From positions 2,940,001 to 2,972,000 of the forward strand of contig NZ_LN831039.1 of NCBI RefSeq assembly GCF_001457595.1: 32,000 nt of DNA. Reading direction: 5' to 3'. Numbering within the stretch: the first letter of the stretch is position 1; each line of letters begins with the position of its first letter. The DNA is from Mycolicibacterium smegmatis (GTDB lineage Bacteria; Actinomycetota; Actinomycetes; Mycobacteriales; Mycobacteriaceae). A program made the translations under genes and the position numbers. This document shows, piece after piece, positions 6,000 through 13,831 of the stretch. The notes under the pieces are model-generated. The model saw only the letters and a program-made list of their open reading frames with translations. It made no database searches and had not been told where the DNA came from.

Positions 6000-7660
6000 C
6001 CTCGATCCACCGATGGAAAGCCTGGATAGGCGGGTGTCGATATAAGGAAAGTGCCTTCTGAGCTGCGATGATGAGTGTTCCTTACGCACTTATCGGCACA
6101 ACTTCGAAAGGCACTTCCGGTGAAAGTGTCGCACAACTTCATGGCTGCGTCTGCAGTGTTCGATGATGAGCATCTGGTGTCGTGCGCCGGCCTGGTGCCG
6201 GTGATGACCCTGGCCAGCCAGACCGGGCTATCGGACCTGATCGCGGACAAGGTCGAAATCGTTGAACCGCGGATCAAGTCCGGCTCGGCCAATCCGTCAC
6301 CGAAGCTGACGACAGTAATCGCCGGAATGTGCGCCGGCGCCGACAGCATCGACGACCTCGACATCGTGCGCTCCGGTGGAATGAAAGCCCTCTTTGGCGG
6401 CGTGTACGCGCCCTCGACCATCGGAACACTGTTGCGGGAGTTCACCTTCGGACACGCCCGACAACTGGAAGCAGTGCTGCGTGAGCATCTGGGCGGGCTC
6501 TGCGAGCGCGTCGCGTTGCTACCCGGCGCCGATACCCAAGCGTTCGTCGACATCGATTCACTGCTGCGCCCGGTCTACGGCCACGCCAAACAAGGAGCCT
6601 CCTACGGACACACCAAGATCGCCGGCAAGCAGATCCTGCGCAAAGGCCTCTCGCCGCTGATCACCACCATCAGCACCACCACGGGTGCCCCGATGATCAC
6701 CGGAGCCCGGCTGCGGGCGGGCAAGACCAACTCCGGCAAGGGCGCAGCCCGGATGATCGCCCAAGCAGTCACCACCGCCCGCGCCGCCGGTGTCAACGGG
6801 CAGATCCTGGTGCGCGGAGACTCGGCCTACGGCAACAGCACCGTGGTGAATGCCTGCCGACGCGCCGGTGCCCACTTCTCGCTGGTGCTGACCAAGACCC
6901 GCGCCGTCGCTGCGGCCATCGAGGCCATCAGCGATAACGCCTGGACCCCGGTCAACTACCCCGGCGCAGTGCGCGACCCCGACACCGGCGCCTGGATCTC
7001 CGATGCCGAAGTCGCCGAAACCACCTACACCGCTTTCAGTTCCACCAACACCCCGGTCACCGCTCGGTTGATCGTGCGCCGGGTCAAAGACGCCCGATAC
7101 CTCGATGCGCTGTTTCCGGTGTGGCGGTATCACCCCTTCTTCACCGATTCCGACGAACCCGTCGACGCCGCTGACATCACCCACCGCCGCCACGCCATCA
7201 TCGAAACCGTGTTCGCCGACCTGATCGACGGACCGTTGGCGCATATGCCCTCCGGGCGGTTCGGCGCGAACTCGGCCTGGGTCCTGTGCGCGGCGATCGC
7301 CCACAACCTGCTGCGCGCCGCCGGGGTGCTCGCCGGCGGTGCCCATGCCCTCGCGCGCGGAGCCACACTGCGCCGCAAGATCGTCAACATCCCGGCTCGA
7401 CTGGCTCGGCCCCAACGCCGACCCATCCTGCATCTACCCTCGCATTGGCCGTGGGCCCAGCAGTGGCTCACATTGTGGCGCAACACAATCGGCTACAGCC
7501 CGCCAACTGCTGCGACCCACTGACCACCGGACCCACAGGCCCCGACCCGAACATCACAGGAAAAGCTGGGCAGACCAGCGGCTACAGGCTGCCCACGACC
7601 TGGGCGCACGACAAAAATCAGCCCCAAACAACCTCAACAGGGTCGATCCACGGATCGAGG
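6000..7660 (+). mobile_element. IS1380-family-like insertion sequence, copy A (about 1.66 kb)
   Basis: The termini are CCTCGATCCACCGATGG (6000-) and the reverse complement of ...GGTCGATCCACGGATCGAGG (-7660), i.e. CCTCGATCCGTGGATCG. The first 9 nt form a perfect IR. The element carries a single 482-aa transposase ORF and is flanked by CTTAG on both sides. Confidence 0.85.
6075..7523 (+). CDS. IS1380-family-like DDE transposase (copy A)
   Basis: 482 aa. It shows the N-terminal pattern I associate with actinobacterial IS1380-family transposases (SAVFDDEHLVSCAGLVPVMTLASQTGL...GADSIDDLDIVRSGGM...YAPSTIGTLLREFTFGHARQLE). The start is uncertain: GTG 6075, or in-frame GTG 6120/6126. Confidence 0.85.
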   Translation: MFLTHLSAQLRKALPVKVSHNFMAASAVFDDEHLVSCAGLVPVMTLASQTGLSDLIADKVEIVEPRIKSGSANPSPKLTTVIAGMCAGADSIDDLDIVRSGGMKALFGGVYAPSTIGTLLREFTFGHARQLEAVLREHLGGLCERVALLPGADTQAFVDIDSLLRPVYGHAKQGASYGHTKIAGKQILRKGLSPLITTISTTTGAPMITGARLRAGKTNSGKGAARMIAQAVTTARAAGVNGQILVRGDSAYGNSTVVNACRRAGAHFSLVLTKTRAVAAAIEAISDNAWTPVNYPGAVRDPDTGAWISDAEVAETTYTAFSSTNTPVTARLIVRRVKDARYLDALFPVWRYHPFFTDSDEPVDAADITHRRHAIIETVFADLIDGPLAHMPSGRFGANSAWVLCAAIAHNLLRAAGVLAGGAHALARGATLRRKIVNIPARLARPQRRPILHLPSHWPWAQQWLTLWRNTIGYSPPTAATH

Positions 7661-7665
7661 CTTAG
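7661..7665. repeat. CTTAG pentamer shared by the abutting ends of IS copies A and B
   Basis: It lies exactly between ...GGATCGAGG (end of A, 7660) and CCTGAATCCGTGG (end of B, 7666). Confidence 0.7.
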
Positions 7666-9323
7666 CCTGAATCCGTGGAGCGGCCCTCCTTGAGGTGTCC
7701 GTGTGTGGTTTCTGCTGCGTTCGGTGTTGCGGGCATGCGGTAGTTGCTGGTCTGCCCAGCTTTTCCTGTGTGCTCCGGTTGGGCCTGTTCGGCGCGTTGG
7801 TCAGGTCGTTGCCGGTAGCGGTGGGCTGTATCCGATGGTGTTGCGCCACAACGTGAGCCAGTGCTCTGTCCAGGGCCAGTGCTCGGGGAGGTGCAGGATC
7901 GGTCGACGCTGGGGTCGGGCCAGACGGGCGGGAATGTTGACGATCTTGCGGCGCAGCGTCGCGCCGCGGGCAACCACGTGGGCACCTCCTGCGAGCACGC
8001 CGGCGGCGCGCAGCAGGTTGTGCGCGATCGCCGCGCACAACACCCACGCACTGTTGGCACCGAACTGTCCTGAGGGCATGTGGGCCAGGGGTCCGTCGAT
8101 CAGATCGGCGAAGACGGTTTCGATGATCGCGTGCTGGCGGTGGGTGATGTCAGCCTCGGCGGTCGGCAAGTCTGTGTTGGTGAAGAACGGGTGATACCGC
8201 CACACCGGGAACAGCGCGTCCCGAAATCTCGCGTCTTTGACTCGCCGCACCACCAACCGCGCGGTGAACCGATCTTTGGTAGAGGCGAAGGCGGTGTAGC
8301 TGACCTCGGCGACCTCGGCATCAGAAATCCAGTCACCGGTGTCGGGATCACGCACTGCACCGGGATAGTTGACCGGCTCCCAGGCCTGCTCGTCGATCGA
8401 ACTGATGGCCCGATCAACCGCGGTATTGCGGGTCATCACCACCGAGAAGTGCGCATTGTGGGCTCGGCAGGCGCCCACCACCGACCGGGTGCCGTAGGAC
8501 GAATCGCCACGCACCAGCAGTTGCCCGCGCACGCCGGCGGCGCGGGCGGTGGCGATGGCTTGGGCGACCATGCGGCCCGCACCCTTCCCGGAACTGGTCT
8601 TACCGGCGCGCAGCCGCATCCCGGCGATCACCGGCGCCGCTCCGGGGGTGCTGATCGTCGTCGCCAACGGGGAGAGCCCTTTACGCAGAACCTGCTTACC
8701 AGCGATCTTGGTATGCCCGTAGGAGGCACCCTGTTTGGCGTGGCCATAGACCGGGCGCAGCAGTGAGTCGATGTCGATGAACGCCCCCGTGTCGGATCCG
8801 GGCAGCAGGTCCACCCGCGCACAGAGTGCGGCCAGATGATGACGCAGGACCGACTCCAACTGCCGGGCGTGTCCGAAGGTGAACTCCCGCAACAAAGTAC
8901 CAACAGTTGACGGTGCATACACACCGCCAAAGAGTGTCTTCATGCCACCGGCGCGAACCAAGTCGAGGTCATCGATGCTGTCCGCGCCGACACACATGCC
9001 GGCGATCACCGTGGTCAGCTTCGGGGACGGATTCGCCGAGCCGGATTTGATCTTCGGTGCCGGAATGGAAATCTTGTCGGCCAACAACTTCGGTAGTCCG
9101 GTCTGGGTGGCCAGCGTCATTACCGGCACCAGACCGGCGCACGACACGAGATGGGCATCATCGAAGACCGCCGACGACACGGCGAACCTATGGGACACTT
9201 GCACCGGAAGTGCCTTTCGAAGTTGTGCCGATAAGTGCCTAGAGAACACTCATCATCACAGCTCAGAAGGCACTTTCCTCGTCACGACACCCTGCGACCA
9301 GCCAATTCATCGGTGGATCGAGG
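7666..9323 (-). mobile_element. IS1380-family-like insertion sequence, copy B (about 1.66 kb), inverted relative to copy A
   Basis: The outer terminus, read on the minus strand from 9323, is CCTCGATCCACCGATG and is identical to copy A's left end. The inner terminus is CCTGAATCCGTGGAGCG (7666-). The element is flanked by CTTAG at 7661-7665 and 9324-9328. Confidence 0.85.
7801..9249 (-). CDS. IS1380-family-like DDE transposase (copy B)
   Basis: 482 aa and collinear with copy A, but clearly diverged (roughly four of five residues identical by eye). There are no internal stops. Confidence 0.85.
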   Translation of the reverse strand: MFSRHLSAQLRKALPVQVSHRFAVSSAVFDDAHLVSCAGLVPVMTLATQTGLPKLLADKISIPAPKIKSGSANPSPKLTTVIAGMCVGADSIDDLDLVRAGGMKTLFGGVYAPSTVGTLLREFTFGHARQLESVLRHHLAALCARVDLLPGSDTGAFIDIDSLLRPVYGHAKQGASYGHTKIAGKQVLRKGLSPLATTISTPGAAPVIAGMRLRAGKTSSGKGAGRMVAQAIATARAAGVRGQLLVRGDSSYGTRSVVGACRAHNAHFSVVMTRNTAVDRAISSIDEQAWEPVNYPGAVRDPDTGDWISDAEVAEVSYTAFASTKDRFTARLVVRRVKDARFRDALFPVWRYHPFFTNTDLPTAEADITHRQHAIIETVFADLIDGPLAHMPSGQFGANSAWVLCAAIAHNLLRAAGVLAGGAHVVARGATLRRKIVNIPARLARPQRRPILHLPEHWPWTEHWLTLWRNTIGYSPPLPATT

Positions 9324-9328
9324 CTTAG
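9324..9328. repeat. CTTAG target-site duplication copy 3 (outer flank of IS copy B)
   Basis: This pentamer lies immediately outside ...GGATCGAGG, which ends at 9323. Confidence 0.7.
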
Positions 9329-9569
9329 CCGCTGTTTCTCCTCGCCGGTGGGTGGTCGGCAGGTGGCGGCGCAGTCTGCCCGCCCGGGACGTCGGCAACT
9401 TGCCGCCCAAGACTCTCGAGCACGGCTCCGCCGGCGGCGCGCGGTGAAGCGGCTTTGGACGCCTTCCGGCGGACGTGGTTTCGATCCGTCGGTGTTCAAT
9501 GGATCTTGTGCGCGTTAGGGTCGGCCGGCTTGCTGTCCTCAAATGGCGATGTCTGCTAGGACGTAGCCT

Positions 9570-10340
9570 GTGAGTTCGTCCGGCAAGTTCTGGTTTCTCT
9601 TGGGGTTCGCGCCAACGATTCTCGTTCTTGCTTCTGTTGCGTGTGCGCGCAGCTTCCATTGGCAGCTTGGAGATGTAGCGGGATGGCTGTCCGGCCTAGG
9701 GTCACTAGCTGCTGTTGGTGTCGCGCTGTGGATTGCTGTGAGTGACAACCGGCGTACTCGCATAGCGCAGGAAGAGAACACTCGGAGAATCCAGCGAAGG
9801 GCGGTCCGTCATGCACAGCGCATCGACCTCGCTGTCGACGGTCCTTACTTTCACGACCGCGCAACACGATCTGTCACTTGGACAGTGAAGCTTGAAAATT
9901 TCGGAGATCGTGCGATCTACGGCGTCCAGTGGTCGCGTTCTAGAGCTGTTATTCGGCTTGGCGACGGCAGTCAGCGGATGCTGATAGCCACGACGAATAT
10001 GAAAGATCCGCCGACGGAATCGCTGACCGCAGCGGAAATGATGGTGGACGACGTAACGCCGATGGCGCTCAAGGCGGGTGACTTCTGCTCGGTCGAGGCG
10101 TCCTTGGACCTCGGGCACTATCCCGCATTAAGGAATCAGCCCGTCGCGCCGATCGATCTCGTTACCTTCGAAGATGAGGACGGCAACCGCCTGGGCGCAA
10201 TACCGCGCGTTGGAGACCCTGTGTCCATTGACGGCGCGACTAATTATCTGGTCCGAAGTGAGTGGGCGATCGTAGGGCAAAATTACGTCGACCAGGCATT
10301 ACGTGAGGTTCGAGCCAAGATGAGACCTCTAGAGGAGTGA
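9570..10340 (+). CDS. Orphan membrane-anchored protein (256 aa), unknown function
   Basis: GTG start. There are two N-terminal hydrophobic helices (FWFLLGFAPTILVLASVACA, WLSGLGSLAAVGVALWIAV), then a basic stretch and a ~180-aa soluble domain. GC is markedly lower: I hand-counted 47% and 57% for the 60-nt lines at 9841 and 9901, against 67% for the line at 13081. I recognised no family. Confidence 0.55.
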   Translation: MSSSGKFWFLLGFAPTILVLASVACARSFHWQLGDVAGWLSGLGSLAAVGVALWIAVSDNRRTRIAQEENTRRIQRRAVRHAQRIDLAVDGPYFHDRATRSVTWTVKLENFGDRAIYGVQWSRSRAVIRLGDGSQRMLIATTNMKDPPTESLTAAEMMVDDVTPMALKAGDFCSVEASLDLGHYPALRNQPVAPIDLVTFEDEDGNRLGAIPRVGDPVSIDGATNYLVRSEWAIVGQNYVDQALREVRAKMRPLEE

Positions 10341-10367
10341 GTCCACCGTCGATCGCCTTTGGGCGCC

Positions 10368-10622
10368 TTAAACCCATGGCAGGTTCCCGGCGGAAATCGG
10401 CTCCCAATTAGCCGAAACCCTATGCTTCCGGTTCTTGGCGCCCGTCTCCCCGGCGCGGGAGTACGCCCGACACCGCTCGACGCACACCGGCTTGAAGATC
10501 ACGTCTTTCTCCGACATGCCAGAGCCGGCGATCTCGTTCGCGTACTCCCAGTCGAGAGGGCCGTTGCAGTGTCTGCACGTCTGATCCCACTGCCGATGAT
10601 CGATACCCATGTATTGCGGCAT
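10368..10622 (-). CDS. Small Cys-rich protein (84 aa), unknown function; possibly a gene remnant
   Basis: MPQYMGIDHRQWDQTCRHCNGPLDWEYANE...FKPVCVERCRAY carries a CxxC...CxxxC pattern and has reasonable codon bias. It is convergent with 9570..10340. An upstream ORF piece in another frame (MQFYDTPVSCDHQPDPSTVGL, from 10684) hints at a frameshifted longer gene. Confidence 0.35.
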   Translation of the reverse strand: MPQYMGIDHRQWDQTCRHCNGPLDWEYANEIAGSGMSEKDVIFKPVCVERCRAYSRAGETGAKNRKHRVSANWEPISAGNLPWV

Positions 10623-11057
10623 AAACCGACGGTACTGGGGTCCGGCTGGTGATCACAGGAAACTGGCGTGTCGTAGAACTGCATTGTTGGGGGTGCTGAT
10701 CCTCGCCGGCGCCCCTTGCCGTCGGACGCAGCGACGCATTACCGCTCGACGATTCCAAGGCCGTGCCGGGTGGCACCCGTCGTGCGCCGCGCGACGGTCG
10801 CCACGTCTAGCACCTCGGAGCCATGATGCCGGCGACGTCCGAGCAAACGGACCCCGCGGCTGGCGGGCACGAAAGCGATACGGCCGCGCAGCGATCCGAC
10901 CAACTAATCCGCCCGATCGGATCGCGAACAGAGTCGACCGCCTCAACTCCGACGTGAGCCGACTTCACCGTGAAAGTCAGGACCGGGGCAGATTGGGCAC
11001 GTATTGGGCACAAAAACAAGAGAAGCCCGAAGTTGCCGGCCTGAGCTGCGGAAATAA

Positions 11058-11132
11058 TGGTGCGCGATACTGGGATTGAACCAGTGACCTCTTCCGTGTC
11101 AGGGAAGCGCTCTCCCGCTGAGCTAATCGCGC
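11058..11132 (-). tRNA. tRNA-Val (anticodon GAC), CCA encoded
   Basis: Hand-folded from the minus strand: GCGCGAT-TA-GCTC-AGCGGGA-GAGC-G-CTTCC-CTGACAC-GGAAG-AGGTC-ACTGG-TTCAATC-CCAGT-ATCGCGC-A-CCA. All four stems pair. Confidence 0.95.
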
Positions 11133-11144
11133 TGGTCGAACTGT

Positions 11145-11218
11145 TGGAGGTGGAGACGGGAATCGAACCCGTGTGCACGGCTTTGCAGGCCGTTGCCTCA
11201 CCACTCGGCCACTCCACC
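11145..11218 (-). tRNA. tRNA-Cys (anticodon GCA), CCA encoded
   Basis: The minus strand reads GGTGGAG...ACGGC-CTGCAAA-GCCGT...ACGGG-TTCGATT-CCCGT-CTCCACC-T-CCA. The acceptor, anticodon and T stems pair. Confidence 0.95.
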
Positions 11219-11246
11219 GCGGGGGTTGATGCCTTTCGCACCTTCG

Positions 11247-11319
11247 AGCGGATGACGGGATTCGAACCCGCGACCCTCACCTTGGCAAGGTGATGCGCTA
11301 CCAACTGCGCTACATCCGC
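11247..11319 (-). tRNA. tRNA-Gly (anticodon GCC), CCA not encoded
   Basis: The minus strand reads GCGGATG-TA-GCGC-AGTTGGTA-GCGC-A-TCACC-TTGCCAA-GGTGA-GGGTC-GCGGG-TTCGAAT-CCCGT-CATCCGC-T and is followed by CGA. Confidence 0.95.
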
Positions 11320-11390
11320 GCGCCACGGGCGAGATCGTCGCCCGTCGCGATGCAGAACATTAGTCGACGGAGGCTCAAAGGCACAAATCC

Positions 11391-11418
11391 GCATTACGAA
11401 CGGGGAACGGGCGGTCAA
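11391..11418 (-). promoter_or_regulatory. Candidate promoter for the Gly-Cys-Val tRNA operon
   Basis: The minus strand reads TTGACC (11418-11413), a 16-nt spacer, then TAATGC (11396-11391), about 70 nt upstream of the tRNA-Gly 5' end. This is a motif match only. Confidence 0.25.
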
Positions 11419-11569
11419 AAACCATGTTTCGTGGCAGGTCGGCGGCCCGTCTGTCGAGGTGGACCGGCGGGTTTCGGCAGCGGGCTCCCACATCTGCCGT
11501 GGTGTGACCTTGCCCACACGCGTCACACCCGTCCCACTGGTTACCCGCGCCGGCGCGAGTGAAACCTGC

Positions 11570-11715
11570 CCGGCCGATCGAGCGTGCGCTCAGGGCGGGC
11601 TGCGGGCCGAAAACCCGCCAAGGGTGCACGGTGGATTCGGGCACTGCGCGCCGGCCGATCGAGCGTGCGCTCAGGGCGAGAAATCGGGCCACATCCCGCC
11701 AGGGGCGCACGGTGG
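11570..11715. repeat. Two-copy tandem repeat (65-bp units, 81-bp period) in the inter-tRNA spacer
   Basis: The 28-bp core CCGGCCGATCGAGCGTGCGCTCAGGGCG is perfect at 11570-11597 and 11651-11678. The next 37 nt match at 25/37 by hand alignment and both copies end ...GCACGGTGG. Each unit holds the near-palindrome GAGCGTGCGCTC and a short hairpin (GCGGG..CCCGC in copy 1, CGGG..CCCG in copy 2). Confidence 0.8.
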
Positions 11716-11794
11716 GCAACACGAACGCGACAGGGGGCAAGATCGAAAACAGGGCCTCTGGGCAGGCGATTCCGGTTCTGCGGGCAAGGCGTGC

Positions 11795-11800
11795 TAGTCT
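11795..11800 (+). promoter_or_regulatory. Candidate -10 element (TAGTCT) for tRNA-Val(CAC)
   Basis: A TANNNT hexamer lies 16 nt upstream of the tRNA 5' end at 11817. There is no convincing -35. Confidence 0.3.
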
Positions 11801-11816
11801 TCCTCCTCGTTCCCAT

Positions 11817-11891
11817 GGTCTCGTAGCTCAGTGGGAGAGCGTCCGCCTCACACGCGGAAGGTCGCTGGTTCGAACCCAGCCGGGACCACCA
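11817..11891 (+). tRNA. tRNA-Val (anticodon CAC), CCA encoded
   Basis: GGTCTCG-TA-GCTC-AGTGGGA-GAGC-G-TCCGC-CTCACAC-GCGGA-AGGTC-GCTGG-TTCGAAC-CCAGC-CGGGACC-A-CCA. There is one G-U pair in the acceptor stem. Confidence 0.95.
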
Positions 11892-11902
11892 CATCGACAA
11901 CG

Positions 11903-11927
11903 TGCCGCCCCCAGGGGCGGCATTTTT
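11903..11927 (+). terminator. Rho-independent terminator downstream of tRNA-Val(CAC)
   Basis: TGCCGCCC-CCAG-GGGCGGCA forms a GC-rich 8-bp stem with a 4-nt loop and is followed directly by TTTTT (11923-11927). Confidence 0.8.
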
Positions 11928-12187
11928 CACGCGTGGGGTGCCTCGATGAGTGCCCATCCCGCGAACACGCATCTTTTCTCGACGGAAATCTGACCGCGTA
12001 TCGAGTGCGAGAAGAACTGCGATGCAATCGGATTCGGACTCTTTGCGGTGTCCGGCCGTCGTCAGGTCGGCGATGGACCGCCCATCGAACGTGTTGCGTC
12101 GCGTACGCTCGGCACCGGCTCGGCTGAATTAGGTCAGCCACACCTTAGTTTGATTGCCGAATTAGTTCGACGACCGAAGGATTTCTC

Positions 12188-13831
12188 TTGGTGGGCCCTG
12201 TCCGGCGCTCCCGCGTCGCTCCGCTGGTCTTGGTGACTTCCCTGCTTGCTGCCGCGTGCGGTTCGGATCCAGGGGACGCGCCGGGGTCCGGTCCGGTCGC
12301 GGCCGACTCGCTCACCGTTGCGGTGGTCAAGGACAGCGGGCCCCTGAACATCTTTGCGGGACAGACCGATCAGATGGCCGAACTGATCTACGACAAGCTG
12401 CTGGCCCCATCGCCGTATGTGGCCGAACCGCAACCGTGGCTGGCCACCGATGTGCAGCAGGTCGACGCGACCACATGGGACGTCAACCTCCGTGACGACG
12501 TCACGTGGCACGACGGCGAACCGTTCACCGCCGACGACGTGGTTTTCAGCTTCCATTTCATGCACGCCGCCCCCACCGGCCGATTCACCCACCATGTCAA
12601 CGACACTCCGTCGATCTCGGAGGTCGTGGCCACAGGGGACAACTCCGTGCGGTTCGTCTGCGACTACGCGTGTCCGGAACTGGGCACGGTCACCCTCGCC
12701 GACCTGCCGGTGCTGCCCGAGCACTTCTGGTCGAAGATCGACGCGGCGAAGGCCAAAGAGGTGACCGACCTGCCCATCGGGACCGGCCCGTTCAAGCTCG
12801 TCGAGTACAGCCCCACCAGCGGATACCGATTCGAGGCCAACGCAGACTACTTCGCAGGCGCGCCGACCGTCGATGAACTGGTGATGCCGGTGATCGCCGA
12901 TACCTCGGCCGCTTTCACCGCCATGCGCTCGGGTCAGGTCGACGCCGTCGACCGTGCGCTCACGCCAGAGCTGGTCGACCAGTTCACGGCATCCAGGGAT
13001 ATCGGCGTGGTCACCGTATCGCCCCTGACGTACCCGGAGCTCAAGCTCAACTTCACGCGAGAACCCTTCGCGCAGCCGGACTTCCGGGCCGCACTGAACC
13101 TGGCCGTCGACCGTGACAAGCTGCTCGACATCGTGGCCCTCGGTCGAGGTCGGCCCGCCACTCAGGGTTACGTTCACCCCGACGCGCCGTTCGCCGACCC
13201 CGACGCATCGACCCCGTACGAACCGCAGCAGGCGGCAACACTGCTCGACCGGCTCGGATGGGTCGACACCGACGGTGACGGCGTGCGCGAGAGCCCCGAC
13301 GGCAAACCGGCCCGGTTCGAGCTCATCGTCGACGGCGGCAACGCCCCGCATGTGCGGGCCGCTGAGTTGCTCGTCGAAGACTTCGCCGCGGCAGGCATCG
13401 AGGTGAGGGTCAAACCGCTCGACGCGGGCTCGCTCACCGACGCGTCGGCCAACAAGGCCTACGACTTGTACATCACCACCAACACCCCGCACGCGGTGGC
13501 CGATTCGACGCAGTTCATCATGTCGCACCGGTCGGGCAATCTGTGGAAGCATCCCGATCTGCCCTATCCGGAGTTCGATGCGTTGTACGAACGGTGGCGG
13601 GCCACCGACACCGTTGACTCGCGCATCGCGGTGATGCAGCAGATGCAGCAGCTGTTCAACCGGCAGCCGACGACCATCGCCCTGTACTACCCCGAGGAGC
13701 ACTGGGGCTACCGTGCCGACGCGTTCGCCGGCTGGATCGAGACCCCCGGCTACGGCATCGTGCACAAGTGGTCGTTCCTGCCCGCGGACGTGGTCGAGGG
13801 CGCCAACGCGGAAGCACCGCGGGCCCGATGA
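12188..13831 (+). CDS. ABC transporter substrate-binding lipoprotein, family 5 (peptide/nickel/opine type)
   Basis: 547 aa. The signal peptide has a lipobox (LLAAAC). The length and layout fit DppA/OppA-like SBPs. An AAGGA Shine-Dalgarno at 12177-12181 precedes TTG 12188 / GTG 12191. This is the first gene of a tightly coupled operon. Confidence 0.8.
   Translation: MVGPVRRSRVAPLVLVTSLLAAACGSDPGDAPGSGPVAADSLTVAVVKDSGPLNIFAGQTDQMAELIYDKLLAPSPYVAEPQPWLATDVQQVDATTWDVNLRDDVTWHDGEPFTADDVVFSFHFMHAAPTGRFTHHVNDTPSISEVVATGDNSVRFVCDYACPELGTVTLADLPVLPEHFWSKIDAAKAKEVTDLPIGTGPFKLVEYSPTSGYRFEANADYFAGAPTVDELVMPVIADTSAAFTAMRSGQVDAVDRALTPELVDQFTASRDIGVVTVSPLTYPELKLNFTREPFAQPDFRAALNLAVDRDKLLDIVALGRGRPATQGYVHPDAPFADPDASTPYEPQQAATLLDRLGWVDTDGDGVRESPDGKPARFELIVDGGNAPHVRAAELLVEDFAAAGIEVRVKPLDAGSLTDASANKAYDLYITTNTPHAVADSTQFIMSHRSGNLWKHPDLPYPEFDALYERWRATDTVDSRIAVMQQMQQLFNRQPTTIALYYPEEHWGYRADAFAGWIETPGYGIVHKWSFLPADVVEGANAEAPRAR

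Noticed and set aside
10807-11526. 239-aa minus-strand ORF spanning the tRNA cluster (also 10977..11204 and 11057..11293)
   Set aside because: It reads straight through three well-folded tRNA genes, so it is not coding.
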